Assembly: GCA_049673305.1 (NCBI GenBank)
Contig: JBATXM010000277.1
Coordinates: 1 to 28,050, forward strand
From: Pseudonocardiaceae bacterium
GTDB lineage: Bacteria > Actinomycetota > Actinomycetes > Mycobacteriales > Pseudonocardiaceae
Length of the DNA stretch: 28,050 bases
Direction: 5' to 3'
Position 1 is the stretch's first letter; each line of letters opens with the position of its first letter. The notes under the pieces are model-generated. The model was given only the letters and a program-made list of their open reading frames with translations, had not been told where the DNA came from and did not search any database. Below are positions 16,546 to 26,221 of this stretch, piece after piece. The translations under genes were made by a program, and so were the position numbers.

Positions 16546-18173
16546 GACGCGGCCGCCAGCGGACGCGGGGCGATCGACACCCCGGAGCGGTCCAGCAGCC
16601 ACAACAGCGGACGGGCTGGCGAGGTGGGGCTCGCCAGCCCGTCCGCGTCGATCGCCGCGTCCAGCGACGACACCAGGAAGTAGCGGACCACGCCGAAGTC
16701 ACGCATGGTGCCGTCGAGCATGTTGTCCAGCCCTTTGCCGCGCAGCCAGGTCTCTATTTCCGCTGATTCCGCTTCGGGGTGCAGTCCGGTGGCCTGCAGT
16801 CCAGTGGCCTGCAGTTCAGTGGCAGAGCGCAGGTCGAGCAGCAGGTCAGCCTTCACCACAGCGACGGCGAGCGGCTTGCGCTTGAGCTTGACGCCCTGGT
16901 CACGCAGCCACTGCGCGGTGACCAGGTAGGACTGTTCGGGATGTACCTTCGCGGGTTGCGCTGTAGCGAGACGCGAAGCCAGCGCCCCGGTGACCTCGTC
17001 GGCGACGTCGGGTACCGAGAACGGGTCGAGGACGAACACGAGGCCCTGTGCGTCATCGAGGAACGGCAGCTCACTGCTGCGCTCGCGGTTGTTGAAGAAC
17101 TCGCCTGCCGCATCGAACAGATGCAGCAGCGCCTCGTGTCGGGCCGCCGTGAGCCGCAGCGTGATCCCCGCCGGTGGCCGGTCGGCGTCGGTCTTGGTGG
17201 TCTGCATCCCGGACTCGACCACCATGGTGGCGTCCCGGAAAGTGTCCGCGCTGTCCGGCCCGACCGGTTCCGCCGACCCGCCGGTCGCGTTCAGGTGCCG
17301 GACGAGCGCGACCATGCCGGCCAGCACCAGCCGGGTCTTGCCGGCTGAGGGCGGTCCAAACACCGGGACCAGCACGTCAGTCAGCACCGCCGCCCCGGCG
17401 CGCAAGGGGCGGTCGCATTTCTGACACACCGGCACCAGCCCGGCTGCGGCCCGCAACACGGTGGTTGGCAACAGCGACCCGCACTCGCACCGGCGCACGA
17501 ATGCGCCGAGCCGGCCCGCCCGGATGTCGTGATGGGTCTGGCCGCAGGCGCAGCGGTAGGCCGGCAGTCGGTTGCGGTAATTGCAGCCGGAGTAGTGGCA
17601 GGTCGCCTTCGCGCCGCGCAGCACGCGGATGCCCAGGTCCGCACCACGCAGCAGACCGACGACCACCAGCCAGCCGAGCCAGGGCAGCGCCAGCACCACC
17701 CCCAGCAGGGCGTAGACCACGGCGGCGCCCACGGCGGCGCCCACGGTCAGCGCGAGGGCCCCCACCAACGGCAGGAGCAGCAGCGGCCAGAAGAAGAGCA
17801 TCACCGGCTCGTCGCACACGAGCTGAAACAGCCATGTCCACAGGCGTGACACCGCGTGTGCGATGTGGTTCGCCGCCGTGCCGAGGTCGGCTCGGCTCTG
17901 CGCGAACAGGTAGCCCGGCCACGCGCTGTCGCGCGCGAAGTTCGACGTCACCCGCCGCACCCGAGCCAGCCGCTGGCTGACGTCGAATGGGGTGACGTTC
18001 GGGGCGGCCAGACCCCCGACCCGCAGCAGCGTCCCCGCCACCACCACGACCACCAGTAACACGCCGATCCCGCCCACGCCGAGCACCACAAAGGGCCAGG
18101 CGGGACCGACCAGGTAGACGACAGCATAATAACAGGCCACGAGGTACAGGGCGATCCCGATTAATGCGGGCAC
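16542..18173 (-). CDS. Membrane-anchored double-Zn-ribbon P-loop GTPase-like protein
   Basis: Two N-terminal hydrophobic regions (~4 TM). Cys clusters CHYSGCNYRN..CACG and CECG..CQKCDRPL. Walker A VFGPPSAGKT, Walker B LHLFDAAGE, NKxD-like VKAD. GTG start 3 nt after the upstream stop. Confidence 0.8.
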   Translation of the reverse strand: MPALIGIALYLVACYYAVVYLVGPAWPFVVLGVGGIGVLLVVVVVAGTLLRVGGLAAPNVTPFDVSQRLARVRRVTSNFARDSAWPGYLFAQSRADLGTAANHIAHAVSRLWTWLFQLVCDEPVMLFFWPLLLLPLVGALALTVGAAVGAAVVYALLGVVLALPWLGWLVVVGLLRGADLGIRVLRGAKATCHYSGCNYRNRLPAYRCACGQTHHDIRAGRLGAFVRRCECGSLLPTTVLRAAAGLVPVCQKCDRPLRAGAAVLTDVLVPVFGPPSAGKTRLVLAGMVALVRHLNATGGSAEPVGPDSADTFRDATMVVESGMQTTKTDADRPPAGITLRLTAARHEALLHLFDAAGEFFNNRERSSELPFLDDAQGLVFVLDPFSVPDVADEVTGALASRLATAQPAKVHPEQSYLVTAQWLRDQGVKLKRKPLAVAVVKADLLLDLRSATELQATGLQATGLHPEAESAEIETWLRGKGLDNMLDGTMRDFGVVRYFLVSSLDAAIDADGLASPTSPARPLLWLLDRSGVSIAPRPLAAAS

Positions 18174-18176
18174 GGC

Positions 18177-20684
18177 TCACTCACCCCGCTTCCCAGGCGG
18201 CTTGCCCGACCTCGCGCTGGATCGGTGGCGCAGGCTCCAGCGACGCCCTTCCCGCTCGGACACCGCCCGCTTGGACACCCAGTCCCACCATGGCTGCCCC
18301 AAACCACTGGGGTAGCTGCGCTCGACCGCGCTGCGGAGCTCCTCGGGCATCCCGGCGACAAGCTCCGCGAGCCGGTCGAGCAGGGCACTGAAGGTTGTGC
18401 GCTGCTGGTCGGTCTCCGGCTTGCCGGTGGCAATGCTGAAGGTGAACGCGAGGGCCCGGCACTCGTCGACTGTCGCGGTGCCGGCGCGGCGGGGCAACCT
18501 GGTTTGGAGAGCCTCGTAGATCGGGATCGCGGCGGTGTCCGAGCAGCCCTTGAGCACGGCCAGCGCGCTGTCGCGGGGCGCGGCGAGCAGGCTGTCGACC
18601 ACGATCGGCGCTCTGACCTCAAGTAACGGCGCAGCCACGCCGATCAGTGCGGTCGCCAAGCCCGCACCGGTGGCGCTCGACCCGCAGTGGCGAAGAGTGT
18701 CGCTGGCATGCAACAGTGCCTGGTCGCTCTTGTGCAGCTCAGCCAGCGGCGGCGGCAACGAATGGCCTTGCTGGCCGAGCTGGTCGATCATCCACAAGAT
18801 GTTCTCCGACAGGGCCTGTGCTGGCTCGAGCACCGCACAGAGCCGGGACCCGACCTCCGGGGAGACCGTCCGGCCGCCCTCCACCAGACCGGCCAGGAAT
18901 TCGGCCGCCTCGCGCTTGCCCGGCGTTCGCGCGCCGAAGACGATGTCCCAGGCCACCGTGCTCGGATGAGTTTCGCCCACCATCCGCGCGAACGCCCACT
19001 GCTGGATGTCTCGCATCAGCCGATTCCACCTCGCGCCCTCGAGGTGCTGGCAGGCCTCGGACATCACCTGTACGTCCAGCTCGTCACCCGGATCGCACGC
19101 CTCCGGCCACAGCGGCCGCCACCAGCAGGTACGGACGGCCGCCACGGCGTGGGCCTGGTGCGGGCCCGCCAACCAGCCGCGCAGCACGTCGCGCACCCAG
19201 TCTAGTGCCTCGGGCGGCGCGGGCCACCGCTGCGGCTGCAGGTCCGGGGCGGGTTGTTGCACCCACCAGGCGGCGAACCCATAGGCGGCATCACGGAACG
19301 TCGCGGTGGCCGGGTGCACAGCGTGCCGGTGCGCCACGGTGAGCAACGCGGGCACCTGGTCTGGACGCGCCCCCCGCAGCGCCGCCTCGACCTCGGCGCG
19401 GGCACGCTCGCAGTCCTCATCCGGACGGTCGAAGACCCGCAGCGGCGGGAGCGCGGTGAGCATGCGCAGTGCGTCAACCCCGTCGGACGCGGCCAGGGTC
19501 TCGCTGATCTCGGCGGTGAGCAGCCTGCGCTGGATCGGAGCGCCCGCCCGCGCCCACCCGCGCGAACCGGCGGCGGCGGCCAGCGGGCGGAGCACGGGCG
19601 CGGGCGGGGCCGTATCCAGCATCGCCTCCAGGACCGCGTCGCGGGCGATCCGCATCGCGTCCTCGGGCGCGGTCAACAACCAGTCCGCCGCCTCCTTGAG
19701 CTGGCCCGGTGCAGTCAGCCGCTCACCAGTGGCGACCACAGCTGCGGCGAGCCGATCGGTGCTGGTCGGCTGCGCGTTCCCAGCGCCGGCGGCGCGGGCT
19801 TTGGCGAACTGTTCCGCGAGCTCGACCGCATCCACCACGTCGTAGGCGTCCTCGGCCAGGAAACGGGGGACCCAGAATCCCGCAGCGGTAGTGGGCTCCA
19901 CGGCGGTGTGGCCTCCCCGGTCCAGGTCGAAGACGGTGAGCCCGCTCCCCGACCTGGTGTCCGCCCACCGCCCAGCCCACTCCGGGTGCAGCGCGATGAT
20001 GTCGTGCTGGCCGTACTGGCCATCCGCCACGAAGATCTTGAAGCTGACCCGCAGCGCCTGCGGTTGAGGCACCAGCAGGGTCGCGGCGGCGATCCAGCAC
20101 GCGGCCTGCTCGGGGTCAGCGCAGACGAGGACCACCGTGCGCCGGTGCGCGGGATCGGTGAGGCGATGGATCGCGGAGAGCAACGCGGTGAGCCGCTCCT
20201 GGCCACCCTCAGCGTCGCGCACCCGGTCGCGGACGGTCTCGACGTCGAGTAGCCCCGGTGCCGGGTGCTCCGCCAACTCGTCCAGCTCGGTATCCGGCGC
20301 GGGCTCAGTCGCCCACCAGGGTGCGGCCCACAGCTGCGCGGGCCGCACCACCCCGTAGCTGGCTGGATCGCGGGTGACGACGGCGTGGGTGAACTGGTTG
20401 CCCTCCCGGGTGCCGTTCGCCTCCTGGCCGAGGTAGCGCCCCGCCGCGGTGACGAACAGCTCCCCCTCGGCTGTGTGCGCCAGCGACGGTGGGTACTCGG
20501 CGACTGGCCTGCGCTCCCGCATCCAGCGCACCGGAGGCTCGTAAAGCCCAGTGCGCTGCACGATCGGCATGGCCTCGGGGGCGAGGCCGGGGGAGGCGGC
20601 CTGGAACTGGAAGCCCGCCCCGCCTTGCAGGCCCTGCCCCGGCCGGCAGTCGGTGTAGTAGAGCGAGCCGAACCCCCTACTCAC
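18177..20684 (-). CDS. Large (~835 aa) conserved protein with N-terminal GFGSLYYTDC..GAGFQFQAAS motif (GAP1-like, tentative)
   Basis: GTG at 20684 overlaps the TGA of the upstream GTPase gene (GTGA), which argues for this start over the ATG at 20726. Mostly alpha-helical. No enzymatic motif recognised. Confidence 0.7.
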   Translation of the reverse strand: MSRGFGSLYYTDCRPGQGLQGGAGFQFQAASPGLAPEAMPIVQRTGLYEPPVRWMRERRPVAEYPPSLAHTAEGELFVTAAGRYLGQEANGTREGNQFTHAVVTRDPASYGVVRPAQLWAAPWWATEPAPDTELDELAEHPAPGLLDVETVRDRVRDAEGGQERLTALLSAIHRLTDPAHRRTVVLVCADPEQAACWIAAATLLVPQPQALRVSFKIFVADGQYGQHDIIALHPEWAGRWADTRSGSGLTVFDLDRGGHTAVEPTTAAGFWVPRFLAEDAYDVVDAVELAEQFAKARAAGAGNAQPTSTDRLAAAVVATGERLTAPGQLKEAADWLLTAPEDAMRIARDAVLEAMLDTAPPAPVLRPLAAAAGSRGWARAGAPIQRRLLTAEISETLAASDGVDALRMLTALPPLRVFDRPDEDCERARAEVEAALRGARPDQVPALLTVAHRHAVHPATATFRDAAYGFAAWWVQQPAPDLQPQRWPAPPEALDWVRDVLRGWLAGPHQAHAVAAVRTCWWRPLWPEACDPGDELDVQVMSEACQHLEGARWNRLMRDIQQWAFARMVGETHPSTVAWDIVFGARTPGKREAAEFLAGLVEGGRTVSPEVGSRLCAVLEPAQALSENILWMIDQLGQQGHSLPPPLAELHKSDQALLHASDTLRHCGSSATGAGLATALIGVAAPLLEVRAPIVVDSLLAAPRDSALAVLKGCSDTAAIPIYEALQTRLPRRAGTATVDECRALAFTFSIATGKPETDQQRTTFSALLDRLAELVAGMPEELRSAVERSYPSGLGQPWWDWVSKRAVSEREGRRWSLRHRSSARSGKPPGKRGE

Positions 20685-21877
20685 GCCCGGCTCCGGCCGA
20701 TCACACCGAAACCGTGGAGCAACCACAGCAGCGGCTCCTCGACGCGGAAGGGCTGCACACCGCCCGCGTCCACTTCCCTGTTCGCGTAGTCCGGCTCGGC
20801 GCCCAGCGCTGACACCGCGAAGTAGCGGAAGGTCGCGTAGTTGTGCATGAGGTGCGCGTCAATGTCGTCCGCGCCGTACTCGTGCAGCATGGCCCGCACG
20901 TGCTCGTGAGTGTCCTGACCCGCGCTCTCGTCGTAGCCCGGCAGCGCCGAGGGCTTCACCAGCAGCGGATGGTTCCCGCCGAGTACCGGAAAGAAGGCGT
21001 CCATCTTCGCGAACACGACGGCCAGCGGCACCGTGACCCGCCGGCTCGCCTTGACCTGGTGCGAGACCCGCAGCAGCTCGGTGATCCGGTTGAGCACCTC
21101 CAGCGGAGGCTCAGCGTCCCGGACGACGGAGGCGGGAACGTCGATGTGGTCCATCGCGCCGGGCAGCTGCCACGGGTCGAGCAGCAGGACCAGCCCGTTC
21201 GCCACGCCAAGGTAAGCCTGGGTGTGCACGCGGTCTTGGCTGGTGAGGTCCTCACCCGCGGCGTCGTAGAAGGAGAGCACCGTCGTGGCGAAGGTCTCGA
21301 TGCCCAGCCTGCGCGTGGGCTGGCGCCACTCGATGACGACCGGTGTGCGCAGCCCGTTGAGTGCCCCAGGTGTTTGCTCGAACAGCCTGCCCTGGGTGAA
21401 CAGCTGCTCCTCGTAGTTCTCCAGCCACTGCCGGGGCGACCCGGCGCCGCCTTGCTGGTCCCCGGTCAGTCGGATGTCGGCCTGGAACCGGCGCCGCACC
21501 GTCGTGCGCAGCTCGTGGTGCAGCACCGACAGGTACACCGTCTTGCCGGCCCCCTTGCCGCCGACCATGCCGACGAGCGGGCTGCGGCTTTCCGCGAAGG
21601 TTGACGACAGCGGGGTGTGGCACGCCGGGCAGGCCCGGACACCGGTGAGTCCGCCGCAGTGCGGGCACGCCGCCTGGCGGGGGCGCTCGAACGGGCGCCT
21701 GGACTGCGACATGAAAGTCGGGTACATCGCTGTCCGGACGTTCGTCAGCTGCTGGCGGAGCTCGTCCTCCCGCTTCGCGCACCTCGGGCCGCCTGGAACT
21801 CCGCGTCCGAGGCACTGGTAGGCCAGTTTGCCCTGGTTGATGGGGTGGTAGCAGTACGGGCAGGCGACGGTAGCCAT
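20681..21877 (-). CDS. Double-Zn-ribbon P-loop GTPase-like protein (soluble paralog)
   Basis: CPYC..CLGRGVPGGPRC and CPHCGG..CPAC. Walker A GMVGGKGAGKT, Walker B SFYDAAGED, NKxD-like AKMD. ATG lies 1 nt after the upstream gene stop. Confidence 0.8.
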   Translation of the reverse strand: MATVACPYCYHPINQGKLAYQCLGRGVPGGPRCAKREDELRQQLTNVRTAMYPTFMSQSRRPFERPRQAACPHCGGLTGVRACPACHTPLSSTFAESRSPLVGMVGGKGAGKTVYLSVLHHELRTTVRRRFQADIRLTGDQQGGAGSPRQWLENYEEQLFTQGRLFEQTPGALNGLRTPVVIEWRQPTRRLGIETFATTVLSFYDAAGEDLTSQDRVHTQAYLGVANGLVLLLDPWQLPGAMDHIDVPASVVRDAEPPLEVLNRITELLRVSHQVKASRRVTVPLAVVFAKMDAFFPVLGGNHPLLVKPSALPGYDESAGQDTHEHVRAMLHEYGADDIDAHLMHNYATFRYFAVSALGAEPDYANREVDAGGVQPFRVEEPLLWLLHGFGVIGRSRA

Positions 21878-21878
21878 C

Positions 21879-24548
21879 TCAGGACACCTTCAACTGGCCT
21901 ACCGGCGGGTCGAGGAGCAACGCGGGCGCGGGCTCGGCGAGAAAGCACCGCAGCCAGTACGGCTTGGGCAACCGAGGCACGGGCGCCCGCAGCACCACCG
22001 GCGCCGCGGGGTCGACCACGACGGGCGCCCGGAGCAGCTCCACTCCCGCCTCAGCAGAGCGCGGCATGGCGTGCCCGGTCGCGGCCACGATGATCACGGT
22101 GACGCCGGGGACCGGCTCGGCGCCGGACAGCGTCACCACACAGGTCACACCGCCCGCGAGGCGGTGGCCCCGGCGACGCAGCTGGTAGCTCAGCTGGGGG
22201 AGCCGCTGCTCGACGTCCACCGAGGTCAGGGGCGAGTGGCTCTCGCCGCTCTCGCCGCGGATCACGGCACCCACCTCGACGCGCGACACCCCCGGGACGC
22301 CGCGGACCTGGCAACCACCCTCGTCGCGGTACTGCGCCAGGGTGATCCGGCGCCCGCCGCCAGCCCACCGCACGTCGGCCGCGCTGGCCATGTCCGGCCA
22401 GCGCCAGGTGACGCGGACGTCGTCACCGAACCGTTGTGCCCGCACCCGGCGCACCGGATCGGCGAGGTCCACGACGGCGTCCTGGCCGCGGACCGCGCCA
22501 TCCGTGCCGAGGGTGAACGGCACGCAGTAGGAGCGACCGGGCGGCACCGACGCGAGCAGCGTCATCGACTCACCCTTCGCCGTGCCCGTGCCCTCGAGCT
22601 CGACGCCGTAACCCGCCAGCTCCGCCAGGGTCACGAGCTGGCCATACTCCCATGGGCACGGACGGGGCGAACGCCGGATGACGATCTCGCTGCCGGGGCG
22701 CTGGCGCCAGGACAGCCGCACCTGCAGGCTCGCGTCAGCGACCGGCGTGGCAGTCAACGCGGCGACCGGGCGGGCCTCCGGGCGGGTCGCGCCGCGCACC
22801 ACAACAGGCGCGCAACGCTGCGTAGCACCACCATTGTGCGGCGGGTAGCAGGCGATCAGCGTGTAGTAGTACTGAACGCCGTCCACAGCCGTCTCGTCGC
22901 GGAATGCGCGGTTGCGCTCCACGGTTATCGGCTTGCCCAGCGGTTTGCCGGGGCACTCGGGGAGGCCCTCGCTGCGGTGCACCTCGACGGTCGCGACGTC
23001 GGGGTGCACCCGCCAGCGTCCGGTGACGACGTTGCTCCCGCCCTCGACCACCACGTCGGTGACCGGCGGGAGCACTCGTACCGTGGCGCCGGCCGGGCGC
23101 GACCACTGCCGGCCTGCGGTGCGCGCGAACACCGCATAGTGCACCTGTCGCCCGACCGGGGGGGCGTCGTCGATGCTCGAGTGCCCGGACCTGATCGGGA
23201 TCTCGCGGCCGTCCTCGACGTCGACCGGCTCGCGGCCCTCCCGGCGAACCACCCGGAACGTGGTCTGCTCACCGTGATCGGGTGCTGGGCGCCAGGCGAT
23301 GCGGACGCCGGCACCGTCGGCGCTCGCGGTGACCCCGAGGACCGGCGCGGACGGCACCGTCGCGAGCTCGTGGGCCAGCTCCGGTGAGTCACCAGCCAGC
23401 CGCAGCGCCTCCCGCAGCCGCGCTGCGGCCTGCTCCTCACGACCTGCCCGCAGCTCCGCCGTGGCGGCCCGGCGCAAGTTCTCGACCTGCTCGTACTGGC
23501 GCTGCACGGCGTCGCGCACCGCCTGGCCCTGCGGGCCGGCCAGGGTGCTCGCCTGCTGTTGCGCGGCGAGGAGCTTGCCCTGCGCCAGCAGGGTGGTGAT
23601 GTCCGCGAGCGGGTCGCGCCGGAGCCCGGATTCCGCGAGCACACTCACGACGACCCGGCCCGCGTCGGCGCCCGTCAGCCCGCTGCGGGTCAGCAGGGCG
23701 AACAGGGTACGGGGCTGGGCGCCTTCGGCACGCTTGTCCCGCACCGCCTGCAGCAGGTGGAACAGGGCGAGCGCGGTGAGGTCGGTGCCAGCCTTGGCCT
23801 CACTGACCAGGATGCCCACCGCCTCCCGCCGCGCGCGGGTCGCTGGGCTGTCCGGCGCGGTGTCCAGGTCCGCTCCGCGCAGCTGGGCGACTTTCTGGGA
23901 CAGCGCCGCGTCCCGGTTTCTTGGCGCCGGGGTCACGGTGAACCCGCCGAGCAGACCGAAGGTGGCCAGATCCGGGAACAGCAGCCGAGGGATGCTCTCG
24001 ACGCCCCCGGCGATGAGCTTGGTGTTCAGGCTCTCGATCCTGCCGCGCATCCCGGCCGTGCTCGGGAGCTCGACCGGCTCGATGATCCGCAGTCCCGCGC
24101 CTGCGCTGGCCCGTTCGATCTCGGCGTCCCCGAGCGTGGGATGTGCCGCAGCCGCTGCCCGCAGCTGGTTGCGCGTGATGACGCCAAGCTCGCCGTGGCT
24201 CGCCCGGAGCAGCGCGGTCAAGTCCGCGATCTCCGAGCCGAGCTGCTGGTGACGACCCTTCTCCCAGGCCTGCCACCACTGCGGGTTCGTGAGGTCCGCG
24301 CTCGTGCTGCGGGTGAGCTCCTCGTGCTCACGCAGCAACTGCTGACACACCAGGCCGGTCGGCCCGGCCTGCATCGCCGCCTTGTTCCACAACCGGACCA
24401 CGCTCTCGATCCGCTCGCGCAGCGCGGCGCCATCCATGGTCACATCAACCGCGTAGCGGGTCCGCAAATCGTCGGGAAGATGCGGCAACCGCCTGCGTAG
24501 GGGCTTGAGCACGCGGTCTTCGTAGGCCCGGGGATTAAAGCCAGCCAC
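21879..24548 (-). CDS. Large protein: ~400-aa helical N-domain plus four or more FN3/Ig-like beta-sandwich repeats
   Basis: Repeated segments VRIAWRPAPDHGEQTTFRVVRREG, VTGRWRVHPDVATVEVHRSEG, LQVRLSWRQRPGSEIVIRRSP, VRVTWRWPDMASAADVRWAGG. GTG start 5 nt after the Hsp70 stop. Confidence 0.7.
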   Translation of the reverse strand: MAGFNPRAYEDRVLKPLRRRLPHLPDDLRTRYAVDVTMDGAALRERIESVVRLWNKAAMQAGPTGLVCQQLLREHEELTRSTSADLTNPQWWQAWEKGRHQQLGSEIADLTALLRASHGELGVITRNQLRAAAAAHPTLGDAEIERASAGAGLRIIEPVELPSTAGMRGRIESLNTKLIAGGVESIPRLLFPDLATFGLLGGFTVTPAPRNRDAALSQKVAQLRGADLDTAPDSPATRARREAVGILVSEAKAGTDLTALALFHLLQAVRDKRAEGAQPRTLFALLTRSGLTGADAGRVVVSVLAESGLRRDPLADITTLLAQGKLLAAQQQASTLAGPQGQAVRDAVQRQYEQVENLRRAATAELRAGREEQAAARLREALRLAGDSPELAHELATVPSAPVLGVTASADGAGVRIAWRPAPDHGEQTTFRVVRREGREPVDVEDGREIPIRSGHSSIDDAPPVGRQVHYAVFARTAGRQWSRPAGATVRVLPPVTDVVVEGGSNVVTGRWRVHPDVATVEVHRSEGLPECPGKPLGKPITVERNRAFRDETAVDGVQYYYTLIACYPPHNGGATQRCAPVVVRGATRPEARPVAALTATPVADASLQVRLSWRQRPGSEIVIRRSPRPCPWEYGQLVTLAELAGYGVELEGTGTAKGESMTLLASVPPGRSYCVPFTLGTDGAVRGQDAVVDLADPVRRVRAQRFGDDVRVTWRWPDMASAADVRWAGGGRRITLAQYRDEGGCQVRGVPGVSRVEVGAVIRGESGESHSPLTSVDVEQRLPQLSYQLRRRGHRLAGGVTCVVTLSGAEPVPGVTVIIVAATGHAMPRSAEAGVELLRAPVVVDPAAPVVLRAPVPRLPKPYWLRCFLAEPAPALLLDPPVGQLKVS

Positions 24549-24553
24549 GTGCG

Positions 24554-26221
24554 TCAGCTCGAGACCGAGATCTTGGAGACGGTGTCGATGGCCAGCCCGA
24601 GCTCCTCGGCGGACAGCCCGACCGAGACCTTGATAACCAGGTCATTGCCAGTGCTGCGTTCGGTAGCCCGCAGCTGCAGGAGACCGTCCTCGTCGATGGA
24701 CATCACGATGTCAATCTTCGCCGCCCCCCCGGGGGGCTGACGCGGGATGCCGGTGATCTTACCGCTGCCGTCGTCGAGCGGGTTGTTGGCAGAGAGCTCC
24801 TCGCTCACTACCGTGCCAGCCTGCTCGTAGAGTTCGATGAGGACCGTGGTCTGGGTGTGGTGGACGGTGTAGGCGGTGAATGTGCGGTCGCCGGTGGGTA
24901 GCGGATCGTTGGCGAACGCCAAGTGCTTGATGTAGTCCCGGCCGGGGTGCTCGCGATCCACCACCCGCACCCCGAATGCCTTGGGGAGAACGCTCTGGGT
25001 CTTCTTGTCGGTGAGCTGCTTGACCGTCTCCTCCGACATGCCGTACTGGCGGGCGACGTCCGTGACGACCTTGGCCGCCTCGCGCTGCGCCTCGGCGGTG
25101 CTGCCGGCCCGCTCCTTGACCTGCTGCTGCATCTGGTACACGACGCGGGACAGCGCGAAGATCGCGGCGCCTTTGGCCACCGCCAACTCCGGCTCGTGCA
25201 GCTTTGGGTCCCAGCCGAACTCCTTGGCCAGCCGGGCCGCCACCATCGGCATTCGGGTGGACCCGCCGACGAGCAGCACCTCATCGATCGTGGCGTCCGG
25301 TGCGCGCTCCGTCAAGGTGTTCAGCGTCCGTCGCACGATCTCGATGGTCCGGTCCAGCAGGTCTGCGGTCATTGTCTCGAACTCAGCCCGGGTGACCTCG
25401 ATCCGCGCCGCGGCACCGGCGAAACGCAGCTGTACTGGCCGACTCTCCTGCAAGGACAGCTGTTTTTTGACCTCTTCGGCCTTGTTCGCGACCTCTTGGA
25501 GGAACTCGGCGTCGTCCTCAGGTGGCTCGGCAGGGGTGGCCTGCGCGACGAAGTTCTCCAGGAGGTGGTCGCGCAGCCGGGCGTCCCAGTCCGCGCCGCC
25601 CAGGTTGGTGTCTCCATCAGTGCAGACGACGGTGATCTCACTCGCGCCCACCCGAATCACGGTGGTGTCGAACGTGCCGCCGCCGAGGTCGTAGACGAGC
25701 ACGGTCTTGTCGGCCCCGCCGCTGGTCAGGTCATAATGCACGGCTGCGGCCACCGGTTCGGGCAGAATGCCGACGACATCGAGCCCCGCGATCAGGCCGG
25801 CTTTCTTCGTGGCCTCCTTCTGCCGCGCGCCGAAATACGCCGGCACGCTGATCACGACCTGTTCGACGGGACCGTTCGTGTAGCTGGCGGCGTCGGTGGC
25901 CAGGCGGCGCAGGATCAGCGCCGAGATCGACTCCGGGGTATGGACCTCACCATGAAACTCGTATTCCCGATCCTCGCCCATCTGCCGCTTGATCAGGCTC
26001 ACCACACTGCCGGCGTCGATGAACGCTGACTGCTTGGCCGACTCACCGACCACCACGTTCGTCGGCGTCTCGAATTGCACAACCGAGGGCATGATCTCGG
26101 CGTTGTTGTCATTGCGGCACACCGTCGGCCGCCCGGTCTCGTCGATGTAGGCGATCGCCGAGTAGGTGGTGCCCAGGTCGATGCCGAAGACTCGGCCCGC
26201 CCCATCGGCGCCGTTAGTCAT
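24554..26221 (-). CDS. Non-canonical Hsp70 (DnaK-family ATPase with SBD-beta but no C-terminal lid)
   Basis: FGIDLGTTYSAIAY, VLVYDLGGGTFDTTV, LLVGGSTRMPMVAARL. SBD-beta-like ITGIPRQPPGGAAKIDIVMSIDEDGLLQLRATERSTGNDLVIKV. Only 555 aa. ATG overlaps the GrpE-like stop (ATGACTAA). Confidence 0.9.
   Translation of the reverse strand: MTNGADGAGRVFGIDLGTTYSAIAYIDETGRPTVCRNDNNAEIMPSVVQFETPTNVVVGESAKQSAFIDAGSVVSLIKRQMGEDREYEFHGEVHTPESISALILRRLATDAASYTNGPVEQVVISVPAYFGARQKEATKKAGLIAGLDVVGILPEPVAAAVHYDLTSGGADKTVLVYDLGGGTFDTTVIRVGASEITVVCTDGDTNLGGADWDARLRDHLLENFVAQATPAEPPEDDAEFLQEVANKAEEVKKQLSLQESRPVQLRFAGAAARIEVTRAEFETMTADLLDRTIEIVRRTLNTLTERAPDATIDEVLLVGGSTRMPMVAARLAKEFGWDPKLHEPELAVAKGAAIFALSRVVYQMQQQVKERAGSTAEAQREAAKVVTDVARQYGMSEETVKQLTDKKTQSVLPKAFGVRVVDREHPGRDYIKHLAFANDPLPTGDRTFTAYTVHHTQTTVLIELYEQAGTVVSEELSANNPLDDGSGKITGIPRQPPGGAAKIDIVMSIDEDGLLQLRATERSTGNDLVIKVSVGLSAEELGLAIDTVSKISVSS

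Noticed and set aside
22400-22500. HPD tripeptide in the FN3 protein (RWRVHPDVATVEV), checked as a possible J-domain.
   Set aside because: Lies inside a beta-sandwich repeat. No surrounding J-domain helices or KFK/YR signature.
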